Shown here: piece after piece, positions 9,700 to 18,770 of the stretch
Layout: the number at the start of each line of letters is the position of its first letter
How positions within the stretch are numbered: the first letter of the stretch is position 1
Origin: Abditibacterium sp.
Lineage (GTDB): Bacteria > Armatimonadota > Abditibacteriia > Abditibacteriales > Abditibacteriaceae
Assembly: GCA_965199495.1 (NCBI GenBank)
Contig: CBDASK010000003.1
Location: forward strand, 448,001 to 512,000
Direction: 5' to 3'
DNA: 64,000 bases
Made by a program: the position numbers and the translations under genes
Notes under the pieces: model-generated
Told to the model about the DNA's origin: nothing
What the model saw: the letters and a program-made list of their open reading frames with translations, nothing else
The model's database searches: none

Positions 9700-9951
9700 T
9701 TAGCCCAGAAAGCTGGTCATCATAGCGCGCAGTTCCACCGGATCAACGGCACAATCTTCCGTTGTCATCTGTTCGCTTATGTGTTCGAAGAGCAGATCAA
9801 AGAAAAGCGCGTTTAATTGCTCACGCAAATCGCACAAAACGGACAAGGCTACGGCGTTTTGCTGCGAATTCAACAGGGGTTGCAACTCGTTCAAGCGTGT
9901 TTCCAGTTGCCTCAATCGCTCTTTGGCCTCACTTCGCGTTAAGTCATTCAT
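9700..9951 (-). CDS. Small helical protein, divergent CsoR/RcnR-like
   Basis: ERLRQLE...LLFEHI...MTSFLG aligns by eye with the CsoR at 46168 (SRISRVS...LLTNHL...LQRFLK) but lacks the canonical Cys residues. Confidence 0.5.
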   Translation of the reverse strand: MNDLTRSEAKERLRQLETRLNELQPLLNSQQNAVALSVLCDLREQLNALFFDLLFEHISEQMTTEDCAVDPVELRAMMTSFLG

Positions 9952-9971
9952 AATGTTCCCTGATTAGAAGC

Positions 9972-11120
9972 TCAGTGCGAGTGCGGCTTGGCCTCGTCCC
10001 CACCGTGCGGCGCCGCTTCGCCCTGCGCGCCCGTGGTCGCAGCCACGTCCACCACAAACGCCGCCGTGATGATGCGATTCTGATGCTGGAACTGGCCCCA
10101 CACTTTGTAAAGCCCGGCCTTGGGGAAGTTGGTGTGAAACATCACGTCCGGCCCGCCGCTCATCGGTTTGTCGAGCTTAATCGCGCCAGTTTTGGCATCG
10201 GCACTTTTGGGCGCATCCATCTTCATATCGCCCATTTTGTCGTCGCCCATTTTCATGTCGCCCATCGAATGATCCATGCCCGCCATTTTGCCATCGGCTC
10301 CCATCGGGTGCGAGTGCAGATACAAATTGGTATCGTTGGACAGAATTACGCAATGGCCCATCGCGCCCAAATAGGGCTGCAAATCTTTGACGGGCACGCC
10401 TTTATCATTGCGAATCTGAAAATGTAGCATGGTGTCTTGGCCCGCGACAATCGGCGAGGGCATCGGCATCAGCGCGACTTCGTAAGGCTTGCCACCGGTC
10501 TCTTCCGGCTCGCCTTCGGGATGCGAGTTGAATTTGTTCACCAGCCACATTCCCTGCGGTTTGTCGGGCGTTAAAGTCACGTTGGCCGCTTTGACGGTTT
10601 CTCCGGCGGTGGCGAACTCGAACTGCGGAATTTCCTGTCCGATGCCCTTAACGGTATAATCGGCGTAGAGCTTGTAAGTGCCCGCAGTGGGCAACGCGGT
10701 CGTGACGACGAATTTGCCGTCGCCTTTAAATTCGGGATGGATGTGGTTGAACCACGACAGATCGTTTTTGACCACGATGAGGTGCATCTTTTTGGTCATC
10801 TCGATCTCGAAATCGTTGATGTTATCGCCGCTTTTGGCGTCGGTGATTTGCAGCGTCCAAGTCGCCGGTTTGCCGACCGGAATCGCGGCGGGCGCGCTGC
10901 TAAAAGCGAGTTTGGTGGCGTTGGTGGGCGGCTTCATTTCGCCCATCGCATCGTCACGACGCGCGCTGGCTTTAGCGTCGTCCGCAACGGCCACAACGTT
11001 CGCATCGCTGGTGTCAGCAACTTCGGTTGTCGTTGGTGCCGCGTTGTTGCAGCCCGCAATGAAGAGCGCGCCACTGAGAAGAGCAAGGCCCAGAACGGGC
11101 AGTTTGAGGTAAGTTTTCAT
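9972..11120 (-). CDS. Heavy-metal-binding lipoprotein with duplicated beta domains, Met/His-rich
   Basis: Lipobox IAGC; MHLIVVKNDLSWFNHIHP; PYLGAMGH...LHSHP; Met-rich GDMKM repeats. Confidence 0.8.
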   Translation of the reverse strand: MKTYLKLPVLGLALLSGALFIAGCNNAAPTTTEVADTSDANVVAVADDAKASARRDDAMGEMKPPTNATKLAFSSAPAAIPVGKPATWTLQITDAKSGDNINDFEIEMTKKMHLIVVKNDLSWFNHIHPEFKGDGKFVVTTALPTAGTYKLYADYTVKGIGQEIPQFEFATAGETVKAANVTLTPDKPQGMWLVNKFNSHPEGEPEETGGKPYEVALMPMPSPIVAGQDTMLHFQIRNDKGVPVKDLQPYLGAMGHCVILSNDTNLYLHSHPMGADGKMAGMDHSMGDMKMGDDKMGDMKMDAPKSADAKTGAIKLDKPMSGGPDVMFHTNFPKAGLYKVWGQFQHQNRIITAAFVVDVAATTGAQGEAAPHGGDEAKPHSH

Positions 11121-11160
11121 GTTGGTGTTTGGTTGGTTATTTTGGAGTTATGGAAGTGGT

Positions 11161-13860
11161 TTAGGCACCACGCGCCGCTTGAGCGCGCAACGCCGCCGCG
11201 CCCTCGGTCACCACGACATCGCTTTGTCCGATGCCGCTTTTGATTTCAGTGCGCCCGGCACTGGTGTTGCCGGTTGTGACTTCGCGGCGCTCGTAACGAG
11301 AGCCTTTAACGACGAACACGATTTTGGCGGCGCCGTCTTCCAGAACCGCGTCGGCAGGAACGGTCAGCGAGGGGTTGCCCACGCCGGTTTGGATTTGCCC
11401 GCGCACAAATACGCCGGGGCGCAGAGAGCCGGGGTTATCAATGGTGGCGCGCGCCGTCAAAGCGCGGGTTTGCGGGTCAACCTGCGAACCGATATAAGAG
11501 AGACGGCCCTCGAACCGCTTGCCGGGCGCGGCATCGCTGGTTAAAGTCACACTGTCACCGATATTCACGCGCGCAGCGTCGGCCTCGAACAAAGCCGCTT
11601 CGAGCGCGACGCTATCGAGATTGACGACCGTCATCAAAGGCGCGTCGGCTTGCACCAGTTCGCCCAAAGCCACGTCACGCGATTGCACGATGCCCGCGAT
11701 AGGCGCGCGAACCGGCATGTCCACACTGGAACCGGGCGAACTTTGCAGCAGCTTGAGAGCATTGCGCGCGGCGTCGGCATCGGCCTGGGCGCTCACCAGA
11801 GCGGCGCGCGCGGCCTGAATTTGCGCGGTGTTGTTGAGGCCCGCGTTGTAAACCTTGCGTTCGCGCCCCAGCGTCGAGTTGGCGACCTCGAGAGCGCGTT
11901 GCGCTTTATAAAGTCCAGCCTGGGCGCTCTGCACTCCGGCGCGGGCGTTGCCCAACTGACTACGATTGGCGATGTTCGCGCTAAAAATCTTCGATTCCCG
12001 ATCCAGTGCCGCCTTTGCCAAGCGCACGCCCGATTGAGCTTGCGCGACCTGCGCGGTGCGCGTGGCTGCATCGGCGCGCGCGCTCGCGAGGGCGCTTTGC
12101 GCCGCCGCGACTTCGGCGGTTCCGTTGACGTTGCTGGCCGCGATTTGCTTCTGGCGCGAGAGTTCTTGCTGAGCGGTTTTCTCGTCGGCTTGCGCGGTTT
12201 GCAGACGCGCGGTCGCGGTGTCGAAGGCTTGCTGCGCGGCTTCCAAATCGCGGCCCGAAACCAAACCCTCGCCGATTAAAGATTGAGCGCGCGATAGATT
12301 GGCGCGTGTCGTTGCCACTTCGCTCTGCGCCGCCGCGCGCGCCGATTGCGCCGCAACGAGGGAACGTTGCGCTTCCTGCGCGGGCCGCGAAACGTAAGCG
12401 CCCGACTGCGCGAGTTGCTGGCGCCTTTTCAGTTCGGCTTGTGCGCCTTTCACGCTGGCGTTGGCGTTGTTCAGCGCCGCTTGCGCAGTTTTGAGCGCCT
12501 CGGTCGCTTGCGATGCTTGAGCGCGCGCCGCTTCGAGCGCGGGATTGGCGTAACCTCCGGCACCTGCGGTTCGCGTCGCGGTGTCGAGGGCAACGCGCGC
12601 ACTTTGCAACGCGGCCTGTTGCACGCGCACATCTCCGGCGGCTTCGGCTTGCGCGCGCCGCGCGGCTTCCAGAGGAGCGCGCGAAAATACGCCCGCGTTG
12701 GCCTGAGCGTTGATAACTTTCAGATTGGACTGCGCGTTTTGCAAGCGCGCCTGAGCCTGAGTAAACGCCGATTGCGCTTCGCCGATGTCACGGCTTTCGA
12801 CGACCGCGACGACTTGGCCTTGTGTCACTTTGTCGCCCTGCTTCACGTTCAGGCTCGTGACCCGGCCCGGCACGAGCGACGACACGCGCACCGACGCACC
12901 TTGATCGGGCGCAATTTGTCCGTTGAAGGCAATGCCCGTTGCCAACTGTGCGACCTTAACCGGCGCGGTTTTGATGTTCAATAAACGCGCGGTTTCGTCA
13001 GGCAACTTGACTTCGCCGGGCGCCAGAACATTGGGCGTTGCCGTCGTAGTGCGCGCAATCAAAGTGATGCGCACGTTGCCCGCTTTCTGGGTTGCGCTCG
13101 TCTGGCCGAGTTGAATGTTGGGCGTCGCCGCTACCGCCGAAGCGGCGGGCGCGGGTTTCTCATCGTCTTCGCCGCCGTGCGCCCACACCGCTTGCGCGCC
13201 CAGGCCCAACAGCGCGACGCATAATAAGGCGGCAGTCACGGTTTCGGGCGCGGGTTTTTCGACTTTGGTGAGGCTCACGTCCGCATCTAAATCATGACGA
13301 GGACGCGATTTGCGCCTCTTGATGAGCCACGCGATGACCGCCAACGCCAGAGCGCCCAGAAGCCACGGCAACGCGCGGCGCCACAGAGTCACAGCGACGA
13401 CGGCTTTGGGCAAAACAAATGTCACGGTGGTGTCGAACGGCTCGCCGGTTTGAGGAGTAACGTGCAGTTCGAGCAGATAAGTTCCCGGCTCGGAAAACTG
13501 ATAAACCGGCGCATCCTCGGCGAAACGGACGATGTAATAACCGGGCGTTTTCTCCGGCTCGGCGGTCACGCGCGAGAGCAAATCGCCGTCGTCGTGCTTC
13601 AAAAAGCCGCGCACTTTGGCGTTCGCCAAAGGCGCTGAAGTGCCCGCCGCGCTTTGATTCAAATCTTCGAGATGAATTTCCAGTTCGGTTTGGGTGGCGC
13701 CACTCGGAGCGGTCGCGGCGGCGGGTTCGGACGCGGCGGCGTGATCTTCGTCGCCGTGCGCGCCCGCGCGAAGCGGCGCAGAAAGTGCCGCGATTACCAA
13801 GCACAGCGCCGTCCATTTTGCGAGAGTTTTTAAATGTTTCATTTCGGTTGGCAAAACCAT
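11161..13860 (-). CDS. RND periplasmic adaptor (CzcB-like) with extra N-terminal domain, two TM segments and a very long alpha-hairpin
   Basis: Lipoyl halves VSSLVPGRVT...GDKV and VRAPIAGIV; beta-barrel DPQTR, LRPG. ATG directly follows the tolC stop (alternative start 13842). Confidence 0.88.
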   Translation of the reverse strand: MVLPTEMKHLKTLAKWTALCLVIAALSAPLRAGAHGDEDHAAASEPAAATAPSGATQTELEIHLEDLNQSAAGTSAPLANAKVRGFLKHDDGDLLSRVTAEPEKTPGYYIVRFAEDAPVYQFSEPGTYLLELHVTPQTGEPFDTTVTFVLPKAVVAVTLWRRALPWLLGALALAVIAWLIKRRKSRPRHDLDADVSLTKVEKPAPETVTAALLCVALLGLGAQAVWAHGGEDDEKPAPAASAVAATPNIQLGQTSATQKAGNVRITLIARTTTATPNVLAPGEVKLPDETARLLNIKTAPVKVAQLATGIAFNGQIAPDQGASVRVSSLVPGRVTSLNVKQGDKVTQGQVVAVVESRDIGEAQSAFTQAQARLQNAQSNLKVINAQANAGVFSRAPLEAARRAQAEAAGDVRVQQAALQSARVALDTATRTAGAGGYANPALEAARAQASQATEALKTAQAALNNANASVKGAQAELKRRQQLAQSGAYVSRPAQEAQRSLVAAQSARAAAQSEVATTRANLSRAQSLIGEGLVSGRDLEAAQQAFDTATARLQTAQADEKTAQQELSRQKQIAASNVNGTAEVAAAQSALASARADAATRTAQVAQAQSGVRLAKAALDRESKIFSANIANRSQLGNARAGVQSAQAGLYKAQRALEVANSTLGRERKVYNAGLNNTAQIQAARAALVSAQADADAARNALKLLQSSPGSSVDMPVRAPIAGIVQSRDVALGELVQADAPLMTVVNLDSVALEAALFEADAARVNIGDSVTLTSDAAPGKRFEGRLSYIGSQVDPQTRALTARATIDNPGSLRPGVFVRGQIQTGVGNPSLTVPADAVLEDGAAKIVFVVKGSRYERREVTTGNTSAGRTEIKSGIGQSDVVVTEGAAALRAQAARGA

Positions 13861-15561
13861 TTATGGAGTCGCGGGCAGAGTTCCCGGCCCAATGCCGGTC
13901 ACGGGCAAATCGCTCGATGGCGGGTTAATCGGCGGCACGACGTTGGGCGGAATCGTGTCATCGGGAATCGTTCCGGGTGCAGCCACGCCGGGCGGCGCAT
14001 CAGCGCCCGTTGGATTTGAAATCGGGCCAAATAACGTGGCGGGAGGCGCGGCACCTAACGCACTTTCGAGCGCCGCTTCGCCCGTGCGCGTGCCGACTAA
14101 AGCTTGCAAATACTCGGTTTGGACTTGGCGCAGAGTGCGTTGCGCGTCCAAAACTTCGAGATAAGTCGAGGCGCCCGCCGCATAACCGATTTGAGTTTTG
14201 CGCAGCAAATCGAGCGTTTGCGGCACGATCTCGGTGCGATACCGCTCGACGGTTTGCCGTTGCTGCTGCAAGCGAATCAACGCCTGTTCGACTTGCGTTG
14301 TCGCCTGTTGACGCAGGGCTTCTAATTGCGCTTGTTGAGCACGCACTTCGGCCTGTGCCGCCTTTTTCTCGCGGCCAATGCTGCCAAAATCGAAAATCGG
14401 AAGCGTAACTACCGCGCGCAGTGCCGTGCCGCTGGAACCGTCGAAAAAGCTGCCGCGCCGCGCTTGTAATTCGACTTCAGGCAATCGCTGGCGACTGATA
14501 GCATTGACCTGCGCCTGACGCGCTTCCAAAGTCGCCTGTGCGCTCACGATGTCGGGCCGCACCAACGCGCCCGGCAATAAAGCGTCGCGTTGCGCCACTA
14601 AATCCGAGCCGACCTGCGACGAGGCCGGAAGCGGTGCGCCACCGTTTGTCGTGGCGTTCGCCGCACCAACTGGCGCTGGTGAAACTGACACGTTAGGTAA
14701 CGCTGTGCGCGGCACGTTACCTTCGAGCGAGCCGCCCGCCGCAGGAGAATTGGCGTTCGTTGAGCCGCGAACGGTTGCCGTTGAATTTAACGGCAAAGTG
14801 GCAACAGGCACTTGCAGCACCGACGCGAAATCGGTGGCGAGGGGTAGCGAAACGCGGAGCGGCGTCTGCGGCGCGCGTCCGACGAGTTGATTCAAAGCGG
14901 CGCGGCGCGCCAAACGTTCGGCGCGCGCGGCATCGAGTTCGTCTTCGACGCGCGCGAGTTCGAGAGCGGCGCGTTGCGCTTGAACGGCGGGCACATCGCC
15001 AACCGAAGCGCGGCGCGCGGCGGCCTCACGGAACAATTGCGCGACTTGAACTTGTGTTGCACCCAGATTTTCGGCTTCCTGCGCGGCGAACAAATCGGCG
15101 ACCGCGTTTTTGACCTGAACCACCAGACTGCGCTCGGCCAAGGTGTTTTGCGCCTGCGCGCCGCGCACGTTGGCGGCGAAGACTTTAGCACTCGCGCGTC
15201 GTCTGCCGAACAGATCGAGCGGCTGCGAAATAATGATTTCGGTGTCGGCGGCGCCTCGGTCGCCGATGATGCGCGGCACGGCTTGAATCGTCGGGTTGAG
15301 AACCACGCGCGCACCGGCGGCGCGTTCTTTCGCGGCGGTCAGATTTTCGCGGGCGATGGGCAACTGCGGGTTATTTTGCAGTGCCATCTGAATCAGTTCT
15401 TCGACGGAAATTTCGGGTTCCGCCGCCAATTCGGGCGCAAATGCGACGACGGGCGGCGTGTTGGGCGCGGGCGGCAACTCAGTTTCTACGGACTGCGCGT
15501 GCGCGGCGGAAACTAACGCCAGGGGCGCGATGACTAAACAAACTTTGGGGAAAACGGACAC
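13861..15561 (-). CDS. TolC/CzcC-family outer membrane factor, operon 1
   Basis: ALQNNPQL, GYAAGASTYLEVLDAQR. GTG start at 15561 with GGAGG 6 nt upstream. Confidence 0.88.
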   Translation of the reverse strand: MSVFPKVCLVIAPLALVSAAHAQSVETELPPAPNTPPVVAFAPELAAEPEISVEELIQMALQNNPQLPIARENLTAAKERAAGARVVLNPTIQAVPRIIGDRGAADTEIIISQPLDLFGRRRASAKVFAANVRGAQAQNTLAERSLVVQVKNAVADLFAAQEAENLGATQVQVAQLFREAAARRASVGDVPAVQAQRAALELARVEDELDAARAERLARRAALNQLVGRAPQTPLRVSLPLATDFASVLQVPVATLPLNSTATVRGSTNANSPAAGGSLEGNVPRTALPNVSVSPAPVGAANATTNGGAPLPASSQVGSDLVAQRDALLPGALVRPDIVSAQATLEARQAQVNAISRQRLPEVELQARRGSFFDGSSGTALRAVVTLPIFDFGSIGREKKAAQAEVRAQQAQLEALRQQATTQVEQALIRLQQQRQTVERYRTEIVPQTLDLLRKTQIGYAAGASTYLEVLDAQRTLRQVQTEYLQALVGTRTGEAALESALGAAPPATLFGPISNPTGADAPPGVAAPGTIPDDTIPPNVVPPINPPSSDLPVTGIGPGTLPATP

Positions 15562-15567
15562 AAAAAA

Positions 15568-15670
15568 CCTCCACATTTCGCTCTGAAACGGCTTTAGCAA
15601 CGCGCCACAAGACGCGCGAAAAGCGAGGTCAAACTTCGAGAGTCGACCTGATTCAGAGGGAAACGGGAGG
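15568..15670 (-). promoter_or_regulatory. mRNA helix pairing the leader Pro-Pro-Val-Ser-Leu-stop codons with the tolC SD
   Basis: mRNA CCUCCCGUUUCCCUCUGAA (15670-15652) pairs with UUCAGAGCGAAAUGUGGAGG (15587-15568): 18 bp including one GU, one mismatch and one bulge. Confidence 0.8.
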
Positions 15671-16204
15671 GGCACGCCCAATCAAGGACGCGAGCGAAAG
15701 CCGTTGAGGTTTGCCAATTGGTGGCCCGGCGCGCGAGTTCAAACCGCGCAACGCATCGAAGCGGTAAATCGGCAACGCGCTGGCGGCGGCATAAATAACC
15801 GCGTGCAAATCGGCTTTGTGTTGGTGCGGCGAACCGATGGCGACAACAGTCGCGTTGACCGGTTCGCTCGAACAGGAACAGCAGGTCGCCGGAGCCTGTA
15901 ACGTCGCGGCTTTAACGGCAACTTGCGCGTGATCGTGATACTCGCTGGCGTCATCGGAGTGATGGGACGCGCCAGAATCTTCATCTGCGTGAGAGTGAGA
16001 TTCGCTCACTTCGACGCCGTGCGAATGCCCGCCCGCTTCGAGCGAACAATCCATCGAAGCCGCGAAAGGAGTCGAAACGAAAAGCAAGAGCGCCATCAAC
16101 AGCGGCCACGCCGGACGACGCACGCCGATGCGCCACAGAGCGACCAATCCGCCCCATAGCGCGGCGGAGATGTTTCCGCGTGCGTCGTTAGTTGGCTTTC
16201 TCAT
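15653..16204 (-). CDS. RAPP leader peptide 1 (exported, His-rich, CCSC; DUF2946/CruR/CutF-like)
   Basis: Hydrophobic N-terminal segment, His/Asp-rich middle, CCSC, C-terminus RAGPP...ASLIGRAPPVSL*. Start uncertain. Confidence 0.75.
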   Translation of the reverse strand: MRKPTNDARGNISAALWGGLVALWRIGVRRPAWPLLMALLLFVSTPFAASMDCSLEAGGHSHGVEVSESHSHADEDSGASHHSDDASEYHDHAQVAVKAATLQAPATCCSCSSEPVNATVVAIGSPHQHKADLHAVIYAAASALPIYRFDALRGLNSRAGPPIGKPQRLSLASLIGRAPPVSL

Positions 16205-16269
16205 TTCGATTTTTGCCGTTGCGATTCGACCTGAGCAAAATTTTACGACAGTTGGACGCGTCCTGCAAT

Positions 16270-16286
16270 ATACGCCAGATGGGTAT
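16270..16286. promoter_or_regulatory. Putative CsoR-type operator
   Basis: ATACGCCAGATGGGTAT (ATAC-N9-GTAT), between leader 1 and the divergent DUF305 gene. Confidence 0.6.
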
Positions 16287-16451
16287 AACGCAAACAACAG
16301 AACTGGGTTCCTGTTTAGTGGATTCCGACTCAGCTATGGCGCCCGCGAAATCATAACTTTGAAGACAATTTCAAACGTGCATCAACATCTTTGCATTGAC
16401 CAAGGCAGCGATTTTCATTTATCATGGAGAAAATTTATAAGTTCATCTCAC

Positions 16452-16811
16452 ATGAAAAATATCCTGCCTTACACTCTTTCTTTCGCCCTGCTGGGAGCGG
16501 CATTGGGCGCCGGAAGCACTTACGCTTTAATCCGACAAAATGAGAAGCCGCTTTTGACGGTGGATCATAGCTCGATGCAAATGGCCTCTAATTCTATGGC
16601 AGACGGATTGAAAGGCAAAACCGGCGATGAGTTCGATAAAGCGTTTATTTCGCAGATGATCGAACACCACGAAGGCGCCGTCACAATGGCAGTGCAGGCG
16701 CACCAAAACGCGCGTCACGACGAAATCAAAGCGATGGCCGAAGATATTATCAGCGCGCAAACCCGCGAAATCGATCAGATGAGAAATTGGCAGAAGCAGT
16801 GGGGTTATTAA
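16452..16811 (+). CDS. DUF305 / CopM-like metal-binding protein
   Basis: FDKAFISQMIEHHEGAVTMA...AQTREIDQM; N-terminal signal or anchor. Confidence 0.85.
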   Translation: MKNILPYTLSFALLGAALGAGSTYALIRQNEKPLLTVDHSSMQMASNSMADGLKGKTGDEFDKAFISQMIEHHEGAVTMAVQAHQNARHDEIKAMAEDIISAQTREIDQMRNWQKQWGY

Positions 16812-16901
16812 TCGGCATCTTGCCTTGATAATAGCAGTGAAGATTTGGCCGACGCGCAAATCGCCGGGCCGCGTGGTGATTTACGCGTTGCCGTGAAACC
16901 A

Positions 16902-16937
16902 AAAACACCCGTTCGGCTCTCGCGGAACGGGTGTTTT
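16902..16937. terminator. Bidirectional terminator
   Basis: AAAACACCCGTTC...GAACGGGTGTTTT between convergent genes. Confidence 0.8.
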
Positions 16938-16952
16938 AATTGCGACTTTTCT

Positions 16953-17999
16953 CTACTGCACTACGTTGAACACGCGCGCCATGCCGACTGGCGAACCGTC
17001 GGGGCCGCTCATCATCGAGTTGCTGGTGTGATGCGGGACGTGGCAGTGAAACAGCCATTTGCCCGGTTTGTCGGGCGTGAACTCGGCCTCGAAGAAGTTG
17101 CCCGGCCCTTCGTCTTCGGTCGTGACCTGGAACTGTGCGGCGGCGGGGACTTCGTGGCCGTTGTTGGAGACGACGGTCATGTCGAAGTCGTGCTGGTGCA
17201 TCGAGTGGAACTGGTTGCTGGCGTTGTAGATGCGAATGCGAACCTTTTCGCCCACGCGCGCGGGCAGTTCCGAAGCGGCGTCGCGTGTTTTGCCGTTGAT
17301 GGTGTGGGTATTGAAGTCGCCTGTGCCCGGTGGAAATGGCATCACCGGCTGGCCCTCGCCCGGAATGAAGAACTGCTGAAGCACCATCGCGTAGTCGCGG
17401 TCAACGTGTTTGCTGACCGATTCTTTACGCGGCAACACCAGCAGAAATCCGTCCAAACCTTTCAACTCCTGCACCGCGCTATCGAAGTGAGAATGGTAGG
17501 CAAAAGTGCCGGTGTGTTGGGGCGTGAATTCGTAGGTGTAGGTTTCGCCGGGCGCAATGGGATTTAACTGGCTGATGCCAGCCACGCCGTCGTCTTCGTT
17601 GGGCGCGTGCGCGCCGTGAAAGTGAACCGTCGTAGGTTCGGGCAGTTCGTTTTTGACCACGAAACGCAATTTTTCGCCCTCGTAGGCGATGGCAGTCGGC
17701 CCTGGCGTTGAACCGTTGTAGCCCCACACTTCGGCGGTCTGATTAGGGAAAGTTTCGATCTTTTGCTTGAAGACCTGCGCGGTCAGATGAAACTCGCGCG
17801 CGCCATTGACCATCGTCGAGGCCAAATCCGGCACATCGGGCGTGATCGGCATCGTGGGCGCAACCTGTTGGGACGATCCCGATCCGGTCGAACCCGTGTT
17901 GCTGGTGAGGCCGCTTCCGCCGCCGCCACATCCGCTCAGGGCGGCCAGAATCATCGAACCGACCAGCACAAACTTCAAAGACTTCTCGAAATAGAACAA
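16953..17999 (-). CDS. Two-domain multicopper oxidase lipoprotein (type B, T1 site in domain 2)
   Basis: VHFHG, YHSH (no Cys), HSMHQH, FHCHVPHH...GM; lipobox LSGC. TTG 9 nt after AGGAG (ORF track start 18008). Confidence 0.85.
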   Translation of the reverse strand: MFYFEKSLKFVLVGSMILAALSGCGGGGSGLTSNTGSTGSGSSQQVAPTMPITPDVPDLASTMVNGAREFHLTAQVFKQKIETFPNQTAEVWGYNGSTPGPTAIAYEGEKLRFVVKNELPEPTTVHFHGAHAPNEDDGVAGISQLNPIAPGETYTYEFTPQHTGTFAYHSHFDSAVQELKGLDGFLLVLPRKESVSKHVDRDYAMVLQQFFIPGEGQPVMPFPPGTGDFNTHTINGKTRDAASELPARVGEKVRIRIYNASNQFHSMHQHDFDMTVVSNNGHEVPAAAQFQVTTEDEGPGNFFEAEFTPDKPGKWLFHCHVPHHTSNSMMSGPDGSPVGMARVFNVVQ

Positions 18000-18085
18000 T
18001 ACAATCAACTCCTCGCGTTTGGTAACGCACTGCGAAAAAGTCAGAGTTGGAGTCGAAAGAAGTCGGACAGCACCGCTATCGCCTC

Positions 18086-18102
18086 ATACCCTGCGGACGT
18101 AT
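18086..18102. promoter_or_regulatory. Putative CsoR-type operator
   Basis: ATACCCTGCGGACGTAT upstream of the multicopper oxidase gene. Confidence 0.6.
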
Positions 18103-18289
18103 TTTATAGAGAGAATGAAGGGCTGTCAAGGGAAATTTGAAGGTTATTTTTCAGGTGAACGCGCGGCCAACGGGAGTTGGCGCCCAGACTTGGAACAGCG
18201 ATGAATTTTAACTCGAAATCCACGCCGCGCGAACCTTTGCCGTAACCCTTGTGAAGCAGTAGGGTTTCCCCTCAATTGCTGTTTTTTAC

Positions 18290-18308
18290 GATACCCTGGC
18301 ATGGTATC
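18290..18308. promoter_or_regulatory. Putative CsoR-type operator
   Basis: GATACC-CTGGCAT-GGTATC upstream of csp. Confidence 0.7.
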
Positions 18309-18352
18309 CGCAATTATGCGTATATTACTCCAACCGGAGTAAAGGAAACACC

Positions 18353-18688
18353 ATGCAAACACTTTCTTCCGAGATGCAGACCTGCATCCAAAACTGCCTC
18401 GAATGTCATGCGACCTGCCTCAATATGCTTTCCAATCACTGTTTGGAAGCGGGCGGCAAGCACGTTGAGCCGAAGCACTTCAAGTTGATGATGGATTGCG
18501 CGCAAATCTGCATCACCAGCGCCGACTTCATGTTGCGCCAATCGGATCATCACCCGCATATCTGCGCCGAGTGCGCCGAAATCTGCACGGCGTGTGCCGA
18601 TTCGTGCGATGCCGTTGGCGATATGCAAGCGTGCGCCGACGCCTGTCGTAAGTGCGCCGCGAGTTGTGGCGCGATGGCCAAGAGCTAA
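18353..18688 (+). CDS. Four-helix-bundle copper storage protein (Csp3/DUF326-like)
   Basis: Dense CxxxCxxC repeats, no signal peptide, SD AAGGA. Confidence 0.92.
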   Translation: MQTLSSEMQTCIQNCLECHATCLNMLSNHCLEAGGKHVEPKHFKLMMDCAQICITSADFMLRQSDHHPHICAECAEICTACADSCDAVGDMQACADACRKCAASCGAMAKS

Positions 18689-18770
18689 CGCTCGCCGCCG
18701 ATCCAATGCGCCCGAAGCTCGCATCCGACTTCGGGCGCATTTTGCCGCCTTCCTCTCGGATGCTCACACC

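Noticed and set aside
10220..10290. Short tandem DNA repeats as a possible CRISPR or VNTR
   Set aside because: They encode Met-rich MGDMK peptide repeats and have no repeat-spacer structure.
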